Source: Paragordius varius
Taxonomy: Eukaryota > Animalia > Nematomorpha
NCBI GenBank assembly: GCA_964247055.1
Contig: OZ176060.1
Coordinates: forward strand, 1,612,001 to 1,676,000
Reading direction: 5' to 3'
DNA length: 64,000 bases
Shown one piece after another: positions 23,559 through 37,950 of the stretch. The notes below the pieces were generated by a model that saw nothing but the letters and a program-made list of their open reading frames with translations, made no database searches and was not told the origin of the DNA. A program made the position numbers and the translations under genes. Numbering within the stretch: position 1 is the first letter of the stretch; every line of letters starts with the position of its first letter.

Positions 23559-25850
23559 AAATTCAGCTTTTTTAAATATGGTAAACACATATTGGCACAA
23601 AACACCCTCATCATTTCGTTGTGTCGCTTTCTCTATATAATATCAACGTTTTAAATATACCTTAATGCATTTTTTTATTTTTTGAATATATTAGGGCATT
23701 CTTCGTTTTTTTTGAAAATATATTTTATACTTTTTTATAGAGATCTATATTTACAAACTCATGAAGTGCAAATGGTTTAAATATTAATCAAAAATTACGA
23801 AAACTCGATAAAAATTTGTTTTAAGAGGTTACTTATTTTATTTAAAAAACAAACCTCCGAAATATTTAATGAGTTTTTAAATCTACACATATTTTCACGT
23901 CTTCACAACTTTTACAATAATATATTTATAATATGTTATCATATCTATATCCTTTCTTAATATTCTTAGATTAAATTATTTTTAGTTTTATCAACAGAGA
24001 GCATTACATATTGAGATCAGTTCTTTAATATAGAATTAGTTTTTAACATAATATTAGTACTGTATTTAAAACTTGTTATATCTCAATTAATCCATTTCTT
24101 AGATAACTTCAACCTGTTAAACATGTATAATGGCATAAATTTATTTATCATTAAATATACATATAAGAATAAAAACATTATAATCGAAAGATTTAGAAAA
24201 TTTCATTCCTCTGGATTCGGGATCTGTTATATAATATATTTAAATATATTTTTGATATGAGTAATTGCAAACCCAAAATTTTTAATATTGAATTTAAACA
24301 AAATGTTATTAACTCGTGGATGAAAGAGGTACTAATCTAATGAGTTTAAGAAAGGAATAAATTTTGTTACATGTCATTAATAATTGTAATTAATATTTGA
24401 TCGGAGAAACTTGCCCCCTACTATCCTAATATATCGGGATAAATTTGGTTATAGTATATATATAAATAGCAATATTTATATTTAATATTAATTAAAATAG
24501 ATTCTGAAGTTTTACATTATTTTGCTGAAATATTTAGTATTCCTAAAATAAAGGCAGAAGTGCAGAAAATGGGACAAAAATTTATAAGCTAGATATTGAA
24601 ACCCAATAATAGCATATATTTAATGTAATATTAAATATTTAAGAGTTTTACTATTTTATATCATAAGAAAACGGTATAAAAACACTTTGAGGTAGAATGA
24701 AAATTCCTCTGCATAATGCGATGATTATAGACAATTCGATAAAAAGTAGTCTTGAAAAAATTTTTAGACATAAAACTTATTAAATTGAGTTGATAGTCAT
24801 AATTTTATATAAGAATTTAATATTTTGTTTTATCCTGTTCATATATGCCTTTTTCAAAACCAATTTTATATGATATTATAATTTAGCTTATCAACACCGA
24901 TTCCCAAAAATTTTATTAATTAGTTTTTGTTATTTGGAATCCTTAAAGGTTTAATACAAAAAACTATTAAGTTGTGAAAGTCTGCTCAACCGATTTAAAT
25001 TTTGTTTTGAAATGGGAAAAGTGCATGATGATAATCATGAGTTATGGCATAGGGATTTGTTTAATTAAAAGAGCTTATTATCAGGGGATGTTAAAGCCTA
25101 TGCCTTTTAAAATTGTTAATATCAGTTTCGGTATAATTACGACCTTTTGGCATGGCTATTATGTAAATGGAAATTTTTTTAAATCACTGGAAAGAGCACA
25201 TGAGAATTTTAAAATTTCCTATTAGAATATCAATTATCATGATCTTAATTATCGGCAGTGTCATTTTAATGTGACCACAAAAGATGTTGAGGGATTAATT
25301 TATCCCCTTATCTCCTAAAAAAATAATTAAATTTTGGTTATTATATTAATTGCAAGTAGTTTGGGGGTTGATGAAAAGCATTAGAATATAAGAGATGTGC
25401 CCACTAAAACACTAAATTGTAAATAGATGAATGAAATAAGATTTTTATTGGACATTAATAAAATTTCAATTTTTAAATTATGGCTACTACTAAATGTGTC
25501 CAAAGCTGTATAAATATATTTTAGGAAATGCCCAATTCTTTAAAATTATACCATCCAAAGAATTCAATATACCAGTTTATCAGCTCGAAGTATATATGTG
25601 TATAAAAAATTAGCTAGACTGGCTGAAAACATATAATCGGATTTATTGGCTGAGTTAAAACAGACGGTATATGTGTTAAGGGGCTTGGGCCTTCGGTTAA
25701 GAAGAAACTCTAATGAAAATGAACAACCATATTAATAACGTGTCAAAAACGAGATCGAGGAAATTAAATTTATAGCTATATGATAGGTTGTCTTATCTGA
25801 AGCTGTTACGAATAAAAAATTTATAATAGATATTAATAATAGTGACTTAC

Positions 25851-25939
25851 TCTTTAACAAGGCAAGTAAGATTATATTTGCGGGGATTGAAATCGTTTTT
25901 ATATAAAACATCAACTTCTGCCCACATGTAAGTAGCATT
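25851..25939 (-). CDS. Second half of ZP-N module 3 (NATYMWAEVDVLYKNDFNPRKYNLTCLVK)
   Basis: Acceptor attatatag|, consensus donor ga|gtaagt, phase 0-2. Carries the aromatic strand and the fourth Cys of ZP-N. It is in a different frame from ORF 25732..25938. Confidence 0.85.
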
Positions 25940-27499
25940 CTATATAATATAATTAAAAATTAGAATATATTTAATGTTAATAACAAAGTGGGCTAAAAAT
26001 ACTTTTATAAATCCCATATCAATCGTAACTAAAGTTTGGTATAAATATTAAGTTAATAAATCGGTGCGAATAGTAGAAAAAGGTTTGGCTAGATCATATC
26101 GCAATTTATTAGCACAGGTCGTGTATAAATACACACGGCCAGCTAATATTAATTCCTATAGCATTGACAGCGAAAGTGTTTTTCAACACTTAAAATTTTT
26201 AAGCTGTTCTTTAACATTTAAAGTTGAATAATTTTTTAGACTTTGCGTATGACCATATTTTCCTATTTTTTTAATTTATTTTTTTATTTAAATTAACATT
26301 TTTTATTATTAAAAACTTTTCTAATTTTCACCAATTCACAATACAAATAGTTAATGTTTTTAACTAAAAATGTAAACAAGAAACCACAAAACTTATATAT
26401 TTTTTAGTATCTTATTTTAAATAGAATTTAAACTCTAATAAATATATACAGTACATTTGATAATCTTTAAAATGGGTTAAATTAAGAGATACGTTTAAAT
26501 TGATAAGAAAAAGTTTATGGTTACTAAAAGTGAACGAAATTAAAATGTTGAAGGGCCAACGTGAAGTGTTCTTTAACACTCTTGAAGTGAAAATGATATA
26601 TTTACTACTAATCCCAAATGGCAAATAATACATTTAAGATTATATTTTGTAGTAATAAACTTTAAAATATTAAAAAATAAAATCGCCCTTTGGCTTCGAA
26701 GTTAATTAAACTAGCGATTTTGCGGTAAAATATTCAATTAATAATTTATTTGCATAAATATTTACCCACAAGTATAAAAAATAATTTAAATATTTAATAA
26801 AAAAAGAAATCGTCTTTATGATGACTTAAGTAGCATATAATTTTAATAAAGTAAACAATTCGAGGCGAAAAAAATCCTTATTCAGTCATTTGATGTTGTA
26901 TTTAATATTTTTGTCGCTATTTTGGGCTTTTGATCACTTTACCTAAAAATTCCAACAACAGCGGAGTTCATGTATTTTTTTAAGACTGTGTACACAAAAA
27001 TAATTTTGAGGAGGTATGTATTATCTGATGGAAAAATGTACATATGCTTTTGCTTTTGGGTTAAAAAGAGTCATTTAGGAAAATTATACAGTTTTGTAAT
27101 AATTGATCCATATTGAAAATCTGATAATTTTACAATGTGAATAATAAAATTTTTTGGTGAAAACTAAAAGCTCCATTTCAAAAATTATCCTTAAAGTTTA
27201 TGATATGATTAAGAATATCCCTACAAATTCAGAAGAATTTGAGATGGCTCAAACGATATCGTTATAATATATATCTTTGATGTTGATCCGATAATAGCGC
27301 AGATTTTGATCCGATAATAGCGCAATTTAAGCCACACACACATCGTTTTTTATAATCTAATTGCTTTCATCACATGCCATCTGACTTGCAGGGTATGAAT
27401 ACTTTAAAAGTAGGCTTTGTTTGAACTTATACCCTAGTATTTTATAATTATTAATTTTGTTCCGACTATTTAATATACCTATACATAATTAAATTCAAT

Positions 27500-28600
27500 T
27501 TTGCTATAATCTATTTTCTGAGGTCCAGGAATCACAGCTATTATGCTTTACTGATAAAACTTCATTTCTATTAGTCGCTTTTTAATTCAGTCGGGAAATT
27601 TCTTATTTTTAAGAATTAAGTTTAATTGTTGCATTTTTATCCTTGTTACTCTTTTGTTAGTGTCTATTGTAGAGGTGCCATTTATGGAGATAATTGCTAT
27701 AAGGTGTGTAAGGTTGTTCTGTAAATTAGTTTTATTTGTCATATATTGAGTTTTCTTGGGGTTAATTTTCAGCTCCAACTTAATGCTTTTGTTTTCTATA
27801 TTTTTAAAAGTCTTAGTAAGTCCTCCTTTGTTTCGGCAAGAATCGTTTCGTCGGCAGAAGCAAGATATTGATGGCCTCACCTCCTATTTTGATGCCTGTT
27901 GAGTCTTCTTCTATTGTTTGCATGGTGTTTTCAGAATATAAGTTGAATGGAGGTAATAGTGTGCAACCTCGTCTGACCCTCATTTGTATATTTATTGTTT
28001 GGTCGGTGCCTTCGAAGATAACTGCTTTTTGATTTTTGCAGAGATTGTCCATTATTTTATTATGTGTTGCGGAATGCCTTTCTTTATTAGTGTATTTCAT
28101 AGTTTTCCATGGTCTCTTATATCATAGGATTGTGAAGGAGACAGATTAAAATATTCTCGTTGTAATCATTGGCTTATTTCAATTTTTAAAATCAGTGTTA
28201 GATATGAAGTTATTGTACCAAATCCCCATTTAAAATTTCTTTGAGAAGATTTCGTTTTTGGGTGTATAACGATATTATTCGGTATTCGTATTCTTTTTCT
28301 AAATCTTTTTAAAAATTGATTTAAAGATTAGTCCAATCTTTTGGCCATTCGTAATTTATCAAAATCGTTAGGCATTAATTGGTTATGTTTTGGTACTTCC
28401 CTCGGAATGCCGTATATCTTGGGGGTTTTGGTTTAGAGATTTGTAACGCTTATTCAATATTTGCCCGCGTTAATCTAGGATCTTTATTCTAGTGATTATG
28501 GTATGTTGTATTTGTTTTAAATTTTGCCTCAATAATTTATTTTTTCCTTTTTAAATTCCCCCAGTTGTTTACAATGGGGTAGATTGCGAACACGTTTTAT
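27500..28600 (-). mobile_element. Decayed RTE-clade LINE reverse-transcriptase fragment
   Basis: Motifs include WPKDW, DHGKL..TLIKKGIP, VRRGCTLLP.FNLYSE..M, GIKIGGEAIN and LKINPKKTQYM (ORFs 27587..27880 and 27813..28100). Confidence 0.85.
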
Positions 28601-28669
28601 ATAAAAAAAATCAATTTTTATTATATACATCATCACCTAACCATAGCAAAACCCAACCATTTATATATA

Positions 28670-28980
28670 GTCAGACCATCAAGATGGACGGCACAATAGA
28701 AGAACAATGGAATGAAACTAAAAAAATAGGTTACGCAGCACTGTTAGAAAAAAGAACTAAACTAACTATGTTTAGAAATCGCTGATAGGAAACATGCCAA
28801 AGCTTACAGGCAAAACACTGATCGCGCCTTGTAAATAAATAAAGTGAGATACAGACAATATATGATGTGAAATTGAAACAGATTAGATCTACTTCTTTCT
28901 AAACAAATTCATCTTTAAAAAGCACAACAATAACAATGAAGGTAACATGCTAACCAAAATTAAGGAAATTAGTATAAAAT
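28670..28980 (+). mobile_element. RTE LINE linker-region remnant
   Basis: DGTIEEQWNETKKIGYAALLEKRTK resembles the RTE endonuclease-RT linker. Heavily decayed. Confidence 0.4.
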
Positions 28981-30999
28981 AATCATTTTATAAAATTTTT
29001 AGTTAATGTGAGATCGAACGTCTTAATTATTCCCCTTCTAAAGTGGGCCTATAAAATGAACGCATATACCGATATTACGTGATAAACATTTTAATATATG
29101 CTGGATTATGGCATCAAAAACATATTTTGAAAATTCATAATTTATTAAAAAAATTAATTTCTAGCAAAACTTTGTTGAATTATACATCATACTATTTCGA
29201 GGCGGAAAAAAAAGTAAACGCTTTCTATATTCGGATGATGAACATTTCTATCACCATAGAATTTTATTTTCGCTTTTCATCAAATTTAATTAAACATTTG
29301 TATAAAACAATTTAATTTAATAATAATTTGAAGACGAACGAATTTGTAATCGAAATTCTGAATAAGAGAAATGTTCAGCATCATTGATATATGTATAAAA
29401 AGTGTTGTTATAATATTTTAAAGTTTCCAATGCTTTTTCGCTAAAAATTAAATATTAGAAAATGAATGCATTTTTCAAAATTTTTATTGAATAAAATTTA
29501 TCTTGATCTCGCCATTTTGTCCTTATTTGTTAGAGAACTAGCCCAGCCGGTAAAAATAACTAAAAATGTTGTTTTGCTTTTAAAATATAGCATACGACAA
29601 AATATTTTTTGGAACATTTATAAAAAAATTAATTAGCATAATGTGAGAAAATTTTGCTATTTCCCGAATTTCCTGAAAAGTAAATAAATTTTTATATATT
29701 ATTTAAACCTCAAAACCAAAAGCACCATGATACTCTTGATACATTAATCCATATGATATTATATATTTCATCAGGATATTATTTACACCCTCGATTTTTG
29801 CGCAGTGTTAGATATTTTTATTATATATTTATATAATTAAAGGCATATTCTCCGCCTTATTCAATAAGTTCTTACTTTATAAAAACCCGCACCTCAGAAT
29901 TTTAATATAGGATACATCTAAAATTAAATGATTTTGTAAAACAATTTATATATAACATAAATCTAAAGATGAACAAATCAACACTTAGAAGTGATATCAG
30001 TGCTCAACAAAAAATTTCCTAAAATTAAATTTTAACAAAGTATGCTTGCGCTAATTATAAAGCCCCCTTAATAGGGGCACAAATTTAAACTTTCGCATCT
30101 TTTATTAAAAATATATTTATTATATAGCATAGCTTGGCAAAAGTTTTGTAACAAAGTATTCAAAAAATTTTTAACATAATATGCGCTATTGCGATTTTAC
30201 GACGAACAAATATTACAAAATTGCATATAACTTTCTTTTAATACTAGTAAGTACGTCAAAAACAACGTAGTACTAACTAATCTATCAGGATATATAGATA
30301 TATATTTCATCAGGATTTTAATCCCCCCCCCTATGATTTTGTGCGCATTATTATTCTTTATACTTATATTTATATGTATTATTCGGACATTCCATAAACA
30401 TTGCCGAAATATTTTATAATTTTATGAAATGTTTTGAAAATACCTTCCAAATTGCTGGACATTTTTGGAACAAAAATGTAGCCGTCAAATTGTACTGATT
30501 ATTGAACTCGGCGGGACATATATAATGGTTTTGTTTATTGTCCTTTAATACAACTTTCGCATCCACTGGTTTTTTATGAACAAATGTAACGATAAATCCA
30601 TCATCCTGACATTCTGTTTCAACTAGATGTATTGAAAAATAATTTAAAAACTTTAGTTAAAGTTTACGAAATTTATGTTCTTAAACTTATTAAAGTCATT
30701 AACGTTTAAAATCATGGTTTTGTAAATTTTCCGATAATATGATTATATTTAGGTTTTTTTCATTTATCACAAGTTATCTTTTAAAAGTTTACATTGATCC
30801 TGAAACATTTAATTAAAACTTGCTTACCTAAATTATATAAAGTATTTAACTTTTAGTGAACTATCTTTTTCATTCAAAATCAACATTTTCATCTAAAAAA
30901 AATTCTTAGTTTAGTTTTTCAAACATATTTTAATCAAGGACAACCTTAAAAGGTTTAAACAAAAATTTCGATTTAAATTTTCTCAAAGCCTGGTTTGAT

Positions 31000-32330
31000 A
31001 TTGGAAGTTAAAAAAATCACCAAACGAATCCTTTATCAAATATGTGAAGGAAGCCGCTGTTAAATGAGGCGGCATTGATATCGAGGCGAAAATTAGTGAT
31101 GCATTTATAAACAGGTTGCAACTGAAAGCTTGACTTAGAACTCCTAACAAGTTTTTATGACGCAAGAATAGATGGGGAACCGATATGTTTGAATAGTGTA
31201 TTCGACATTGCCATAAATTATGTAAGGACGGAAGAATGTTTCGCTGTGAGTGAACAATAGAAGCATTGCGATTGGAATTCAATGACACTATGTAGCAAAT
31301 GTGTATATCGACACACAATCAATCGATGTCCTCCGCTGAGAAATAATGCTTTAGCTACAAAATAGGAGGGAGCATTTTCAATCGAAGGGCATGAAACCCG
31401 GGTAAAATCGATAGTATTGGATTCCACAGCAGCCGCCAAGATAAGCGTAAGGCTTAAAAGGCTATTGAGACAAATTCAGTAGGACACCGGGTCTTCTGGA
31501 ATCAATCATCACTCCTGAGAGGTGAAAATTGGTTGGCAGTCCAAAAACGAAGGCGCTCAATGTTAACGTGGTGAGGTATCGGAAAAACAAGGTACGGACG
31601 TGCAATGTGGAGCTTTTGGCTGGAATGGAAAATCGGGAAAAATGGTGAAATGCATTGTGTTTGAAAAACACCAATTATTGATATTTGATTGAATTAAATT
31701 AATGTCTTCAATAATAACCAGTGCAATCATATAAATATAAATATTTTAAATAAATTTAACAAGCTTTTGTGCGGGGTTTGGATGTTTAAAAGGCTCCGAG
31801 GTTAAGTTATTTCCAAAGAGCGAGTATACCCAAAAAATTAAGTAAAGAAGAATCTTGTCACTGCAACCCAAATTAAGGAAGAAATAACGCGTTTGGTAAA
31901 AGCAGATATAAAACCACTAGACCAACGAAAGAAAAACTTACATAGATTTTCCCTTCAACTGTTGCCGATTATAGATTAACTCTAGGTGACGATAGCCATA
32001 CAATTTACTCGTTTGAAACACTAATTTCTAAAGTAGGGTTTAATATTTTTCAACTTTGTATGAAATACACATATTACCAAATCCCGATACACGAGATTCA
32101 ACATTTAACGATCGCCACTAGAATACCATGCTTACCTTTCTGGTCTTCTGCACCTATTATGTTTCATCGAGTCATGGATTGTTTAATCGATTGTCTCGGC
32201 ACCTCTAAATATGTTTAAATGGCGTGCCTACCGGCTACAGAGTTAGAGCACAAACAAAGCTTATAGCAAATTTAGAAAAAATTGCAAGATGCCGGTTATT
32301 TACGAGAAGATAAAATTAAGCTTTTCAATT
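31000..32330 (+). mobile_element. Decayed Ty3/gypsy LTR-retrotransposon internal region (gag knuckle, protease, RT)
   Basis: Motifs include DAFINRL, CSKCVYRHTINRCP (gag zinc knuckle), DTGSS (protease), QIKEEITRLVKADIKPL, VADYRL, YYQIPI and SAPIMFHRVMDCLI (RT), with many stops. No LTRs were identified. Confidence 0.75.
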
Positions 32331-32704
32331 TTTAATAACTCTAAAGTTATCTTTCATTAAAGTGTTGCATTTGGATATGTTATATATTAAGTATTTCATC
32401 AGCATTTTCTTTAAAATATATTTTTATAAATATATTTTTTATAATATTTATTTTTATTCAGCAAATTTATTAAAAAAGATCCTGATTCTAATCCACTATA
32501 AAATATTACTATAACCCCTTTTGATATTCGAAGCAGCACTTGTAATCAAATATTCAAAAATATAAGTGTTATATTATTTAAAAGTACAATTTATAAGGCT
32601 AATAGCTGATAAGGTAATCGCGTAAATAAAACTAATCGTATGAAAAACACATTATCTGTAAATATATTTCATACTTGATCCTGGATAGTTCAACTCCTAA
32701 AATA

Positions 32705-32710
<6 letters not shown>

Positions 32711-32756
<46 letters not shown>
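32711..32756. repeat. (TA)n microsatellite
   Basis: TA run with one interruption. Confidence 0.95.
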
Positions 32757-33179
32757 GTAATGAGTTTAGTTTATCAATTACTCAATAATTATGATATCTA
32801 ATTATAACATTTAACATTCTTGTAATAAATTTAAGGACCAATATCTTTCATATATATATAAAGTCATAACTACGTAAAAATTTAAAGCCTTCTTATGAAA
32901 AAATTATTTATACATTTTATAATACCCCCCCACCAGAATAGTGTCCGGGAAAAGACAAATATGCTTAAAAATTAATGTGACTAAACTGTTTCAAATTAAC
33001 TAAAAAAAACTGTTGATGATAAAGAAATAATTCTGGAAAAGGTTAGAAAACATTAGCATCAGCGAATATTATTAAATAAAAATTAAATAATAGATTTAAA
33101 ACTTTGGAAACAAAAAAGAATTAAACTTAAATATTGTGCAAATAATAACTAATAAGGACTTGATATGTCCATATACATG

Positions 33180-33930
33180 CCCTTAAATTCAAGCAATGGA
33201 ACAAAACGCAATGGTCTGCGAAATAATGATTTCAAATTTGATGTCTAAATACACGGAATAGTAAAAACCACATTAAATTACCCAGATCTACACTTACCTA
33301 CAAATGCTTGCTCCGATGAAAGACAGCGAAAAGTTTTATAACAATTTACAGACAGTTATATCGAAAACGTCTAAAAAGACATATCTTTAACCGCGAATAC
33401 GACTCCATTAGAAAACATCAGAGAGATTTAAGCGAAAATAATTTCAGAGGTGATATCATTGACTTGTGCCAACCAACTTAATTAATTCTCGCCAATTCTC
33501 AGTCTAAGAAGATGGCATTGCAAAATTGATACAGATAAGTGTATTTTAGGCTTATTTGTATTTAAAACATTTTTTAAAATTTAAATGAAGTGCACCCTAC
33601 TTAGAGTAATTAATCATTTATTTGGGTAATTTTATAGGCGCCTCATCTTATAGTGCCTTCGAAATTTAAAGAAGAATTATAGCTAATAACATGAATGAAT
33701 TATTAATCTCATTTCAACAAAACCAACACTAAAAATGATCAATTAATGCGTTAATAAAACCATTCCTATCAAAAGGTCAAATTACTAAACATCATAATAG
33801 TCCGGGCATGTCATTTGGGAAATCATTGATGGTCGTCAATTAAACGGATACAGAAAACGAGGCTTCATTGATGGTGTGATACACATATTTCCCCAATTTA
33901 TCTCTCCGCACACTTACAATACCGAAATAA
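33180..33930 (+). mobile_element. Decayed, internally deleted RTE LINE remnant
   Basis: An APE-like LPTNACSDE / EKFYNNLQTVISKTSKK is followed by a C-terminal-like GHVIWEIIDGRQLNGYRKRG. Confidence 0.5.
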
Positions 33931-34691
33931 AAATTGAAGAAATATTTTTACTAAATCGGTTAAGGTGATCGACGCATATGCATCATCAATAAAACACATA
34001 AATAAACATATTAAAGCAATAAAAATTAAGACGAACGGGGAAGATCCTTACGACAGAAAAATAATTACAAAAATGGTCAAACAAAAATGTAGGTGTTCAA
34101 AAATATTTATATTATAATATACCTTTATCATTTGATATCATTCATAAGGATAATAAGAAATATGCTAAAAAAAACTTATTTCTTAAACCCAATTTTTAAA
34201 AAGTGAAGCAAAAAACTGTGATTTCTACACGTGGTTTTTATTTGGGCTCCTTTAAATGTAAATTGGTAAAAAGAATGAAAATATATAAATTAAAACTCGG
34301 CTCGGAAAACAAAAATACCCCTCCAAAATTAAACGTTTTTGATCTAAAAATAGGAATGTCAAGAAATGTTTTTCGGTAAAAAATATTAATAAACGGCTTC
34401 TTAGCCTCAGAATGAATATTAGGTGATACCATTAAAAAGTTTAATATAAAAAAGTAAGTATAAAACAAACCAATTAAATCTAGCATAATTTTAGCATGTG
34501 CCTTACATTAATCTAATGTGATAAGAAGGGATATACCACACAATGAAATACCATATTTTAAAAATTATTTATTAAGCTTGCAGTTAAGCAGAGTTTATGA
34601 CACTGTGTGCAAAAAAAATTTAACATAAAAATTTTTTTTCATGAAAGCTAGTTTGTTTTTAACCCGGAAATTTTGGACAGTTGTCGAAAAA

Positions 34692-34743
34692 GTATGTATG
34701 TTAATTATATATATATATAAATATATATTAATTAACATACATA
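34692..34743. repeat. AT-rich palindrome (atgtatgttaatt-(TA)n-aattaacatacat)
   Basis: A perfect 13-bp inverted repeat surrounds a self-complementary TA-rich spacer. Confidence 0.85.
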
Positions 34744-36830
34744 TATATTAAAAGAGCAGCAGTTTAGTTTGATTAATGCCAAAAAATACAAATATAAAAA
34801 CGTAAATTCTTACTTTGCGTATTTTGAACCGACGGAATCGACAAAAAATCTGGAAAGTTTGACGTTGTCCACTTTCATATTTTAAATGAATCACATTTTC
34901 ATACCTTTCATCATCAATCTTATGTTTTTTTATGAAAAATAGATAAAAAAATTTTAACATTAATTAATATATTGTTTAATAAAGTTTGTGTCTAAGCGAT
35001 AAATTAAAAATTCTTTATATGTATGAAAAATTAAAAAAACAAATATTATTATTGTTTAAATATAACATTTTTAATTTATATAGGAAAATAATTATTATAA
35101 ATATGAATGTGGCCTTTAAGACATTTTTTAAAAAACTTTGGGCCCATTTGAATTTTCCCAGTTAAGTCCCACCTCTAAAAATATAGTGTTTTAAGAAATG
35201 AAGTCTCCTGAATACGAGACAATTTTCACATATTTTTATATTTTTTTGATGCGCCATACATAGTCGCTCACCTTTTTGATTGCATCGGTATTTACCCGCT
35301 ATCCCCGTAAAACGCCATTTTTGCAAATAATCCGACTAAAATGCAACAATGACTTAGTTTTGAGAGTTAGTCAGAAATTATCGGTATAAAGACAATTTTA
35401 CAGCGCTTTTGTTAAATTAGTAGAAAAGTCAGCTTTCTGCAAAATATAACACTTATAAATACATCAGGGCTTTAAATAAAATTTCGGAAAACACAACACA
35501 TAACTATTTCCATGAGGTCGCTGTTGAGACTTTTTTAATTAGCCACTGGTTGGGATTTTATCCTCTGTAAAAGGCTTCATCATCAAAAATAACGTGGCTT
35601 AGAAATGTTTCGCCCAGTTATAAGAGGTATTTATGAAAATTACCGCTTATTAGTTTTAAGTCAAATTCGCTTAAGTGCTAGTTTTTGGCTTTAATATGTA
35701 AATCTTTTTAAAAATATTTGAAAAAAATTAAAAATTATCGATATTTTGTGTTTGTAGTTATCCTTATGCTATATTTCAACAAATGATGTTTAGTTGATGC
35801 GTCTTTCTCTATTGTATTAATTTTATTTGACCTAATGTGTGCGACAAAAATGCCATTTAAATCGAGGTAATAGCAGAAACAAACTTTTCATCGATATTCA
35901 TTATCCTGAATATTTATTTTGGTGGCGGACATTGTAATAAAATGACAATCAAATGCGTGTATTATTAGAATGGCATGTATCTTTTTAAGAGCCTTGTACA
36001 ACACCATATATATAGAATAGTTTTTTACCAAAAAAATAAATGAAATTACAAAAGATTTCTTACAAAACATTTTGCGGCAAATATATTTTTTTACTGAAAA
36101 CACTTGCGCATTGAAAATAAATTAAACACACTGATTATTGATATTATACGGACAGCAATCTCGTTGAATAACGAATACAATTATGATTGCATTGTTAACC
36201 TCTTATTACAATAAAGAATAAAATTTATAACCGGCAAAAGGGATAAAATTATTTGGTCTAAAGAATCAAACCAAATTATAAGATGGTTTTAGTATTTGTA
36301 CTAACCGAGTGCCGCATTTTCAGCTGAAAAAAATCTGCAGCAGACATGAATTAATATTTTGATATATTGCAAGCAAGGGACTGTAAAAAATTAGCAGCAA
36401 CTATTTATTTCAATTTTTGCCTATTCTGTTGGCAATGTATTCAAAATCGCATATCTTATTAAACAATAAGTAAAGTTTATAAAAATTTTGAATTATATTT
36501 GCGGTTTTCTTCAATAAATTATAATTCTGGCCTTAGAATATACTTAAAAAATCTAATTTAATGGTTATATGTAGACTAAATATTTTGCCGAAATAATTAG
36601 TAGCGTTTTTTGCATAATATTATAATTTAAATATATAATTAGTTAAAAATAATATTTTAAAATGGATGATATAAATTTTTTAATTTTATTAATATATTTT
36701 TTTAAAATAAATTGTATATATTTCTTTTTTTTTTAATTTTCGTGAAAAAAATTGGGAGGGGCGGCGTGTTAGGCGCCTCTTATTTAAAATATAATATTCA
36801 TCTATATATTAATATAAAATAAGATTTTAC

Positions 36831-36991
36831 TTGTGTGCTATGACAGGTGTCAAAAGGGAATTTAAAATTGATTGCATACTTTTCTTTAATCTGCTTAACA
36901 CAAGAACCATTATTACCCATTATAGTCCCGGTAAAGGGTTGCCTAAATTGGAGACTAACTTCATGAGAATCAGGGTGGCATTTGGATACCA
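36831..36991 (-). CDS. First half of ZP-N module 3 (VVSKCHPDSHEVSLQFRQPFTGTIMGNNGSCVKQIKEKYAINFKFPFDTCHSTQ)
   Basis: Strong acceptor ttttttctatttttccag|, donor caa|gtaaaa, phase 1-0. Has the cuticlin-like C-x4-EV-x2-F-x2-PF-x-G-x-I...C...FPFDTC motif. Confidence 0.9.
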
Positions 36992-37375
36992 CTGGAAAAA
37001 ATAGAAAAAATTTTTAAGCAATTATTATATAAGGTAGTAAGATCTGAATACTTATTATGTTTTAAAAAACAAATTACAAAATAATTTTTTATACATGGAG
37101 TTTTGATTAGGATTATAAATTTTATATATGATTTTCAGATACCGTTTTTATTGCTATTCTGGATAAGGCATCCATTCGTTCCCGTTTCTTAACTCTTTTT
37201 CTTTATCAGGAATGGATTTTCGAAATTAAATTATTATATAAATAATCTGCTTAAGCTTTTTAAAAATTCAGGTAAAAATAATGCTGTCTACTAATATTTT
37301 TAAATTAAAAATTATAAAATTTATTAAACATTGTTAATACGTTTGAAATCTGTTACATTATAAAAATATACAATT

Positions 37376-37950
37376 TTTCAGCAACAACAATTTTTCAAGC
37401 AAAAGCACAATTTTTTCAGAATTAAGTACAATTTTTTTTATTTTTCAAAAATTTAATACATTTAATTTTAAATTAGTTAAATTTTAGCGTTGAATTATGA
37501 TTTTTAATGTTTTATTATCAATATTTGGTGGTAAAAAGATTATGTTCAAACATTTTGCCCATAACTTAATTCTATTATTTATTTAATATTTTTTATTTTA
37601 AATTTATTTTTACTTGAATTTTTAAATATTGGAGTTTTTAATATATATGAATATAATAAAAACATAACGTTAATTTTTTTTAAATATTAATCATTAAAAA
37701 ACTCCAACTTGGAAATATAAGTTAGAAATGAAAATAAGTTAAATATAAAATATATTAATATAATAAATTCAATTAAGTCATGGGAAAAAATAATATTTTT
37801 GAAAAACAATAAACAATAATAATCATAATTAACGCTAAAATAAAAAATTTATTAATTTTAAATCAAATAAATACTTAATAAATTGTCATGACATAAAAAA
37901 ATTATCTTAATTTTAAAATGTTGCGTTTTAAAATGTTATTTTTGACTAAA
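37376..37950. mobile_element. Foldback-like element with inverted 21-bp minisatellite arms
   Basis: Has left tttttcaagcaaaagcaca units, right aaaatgttgcgtttt units, and a 105-bp core identical to 1880..1984. Confidence 0.65.
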
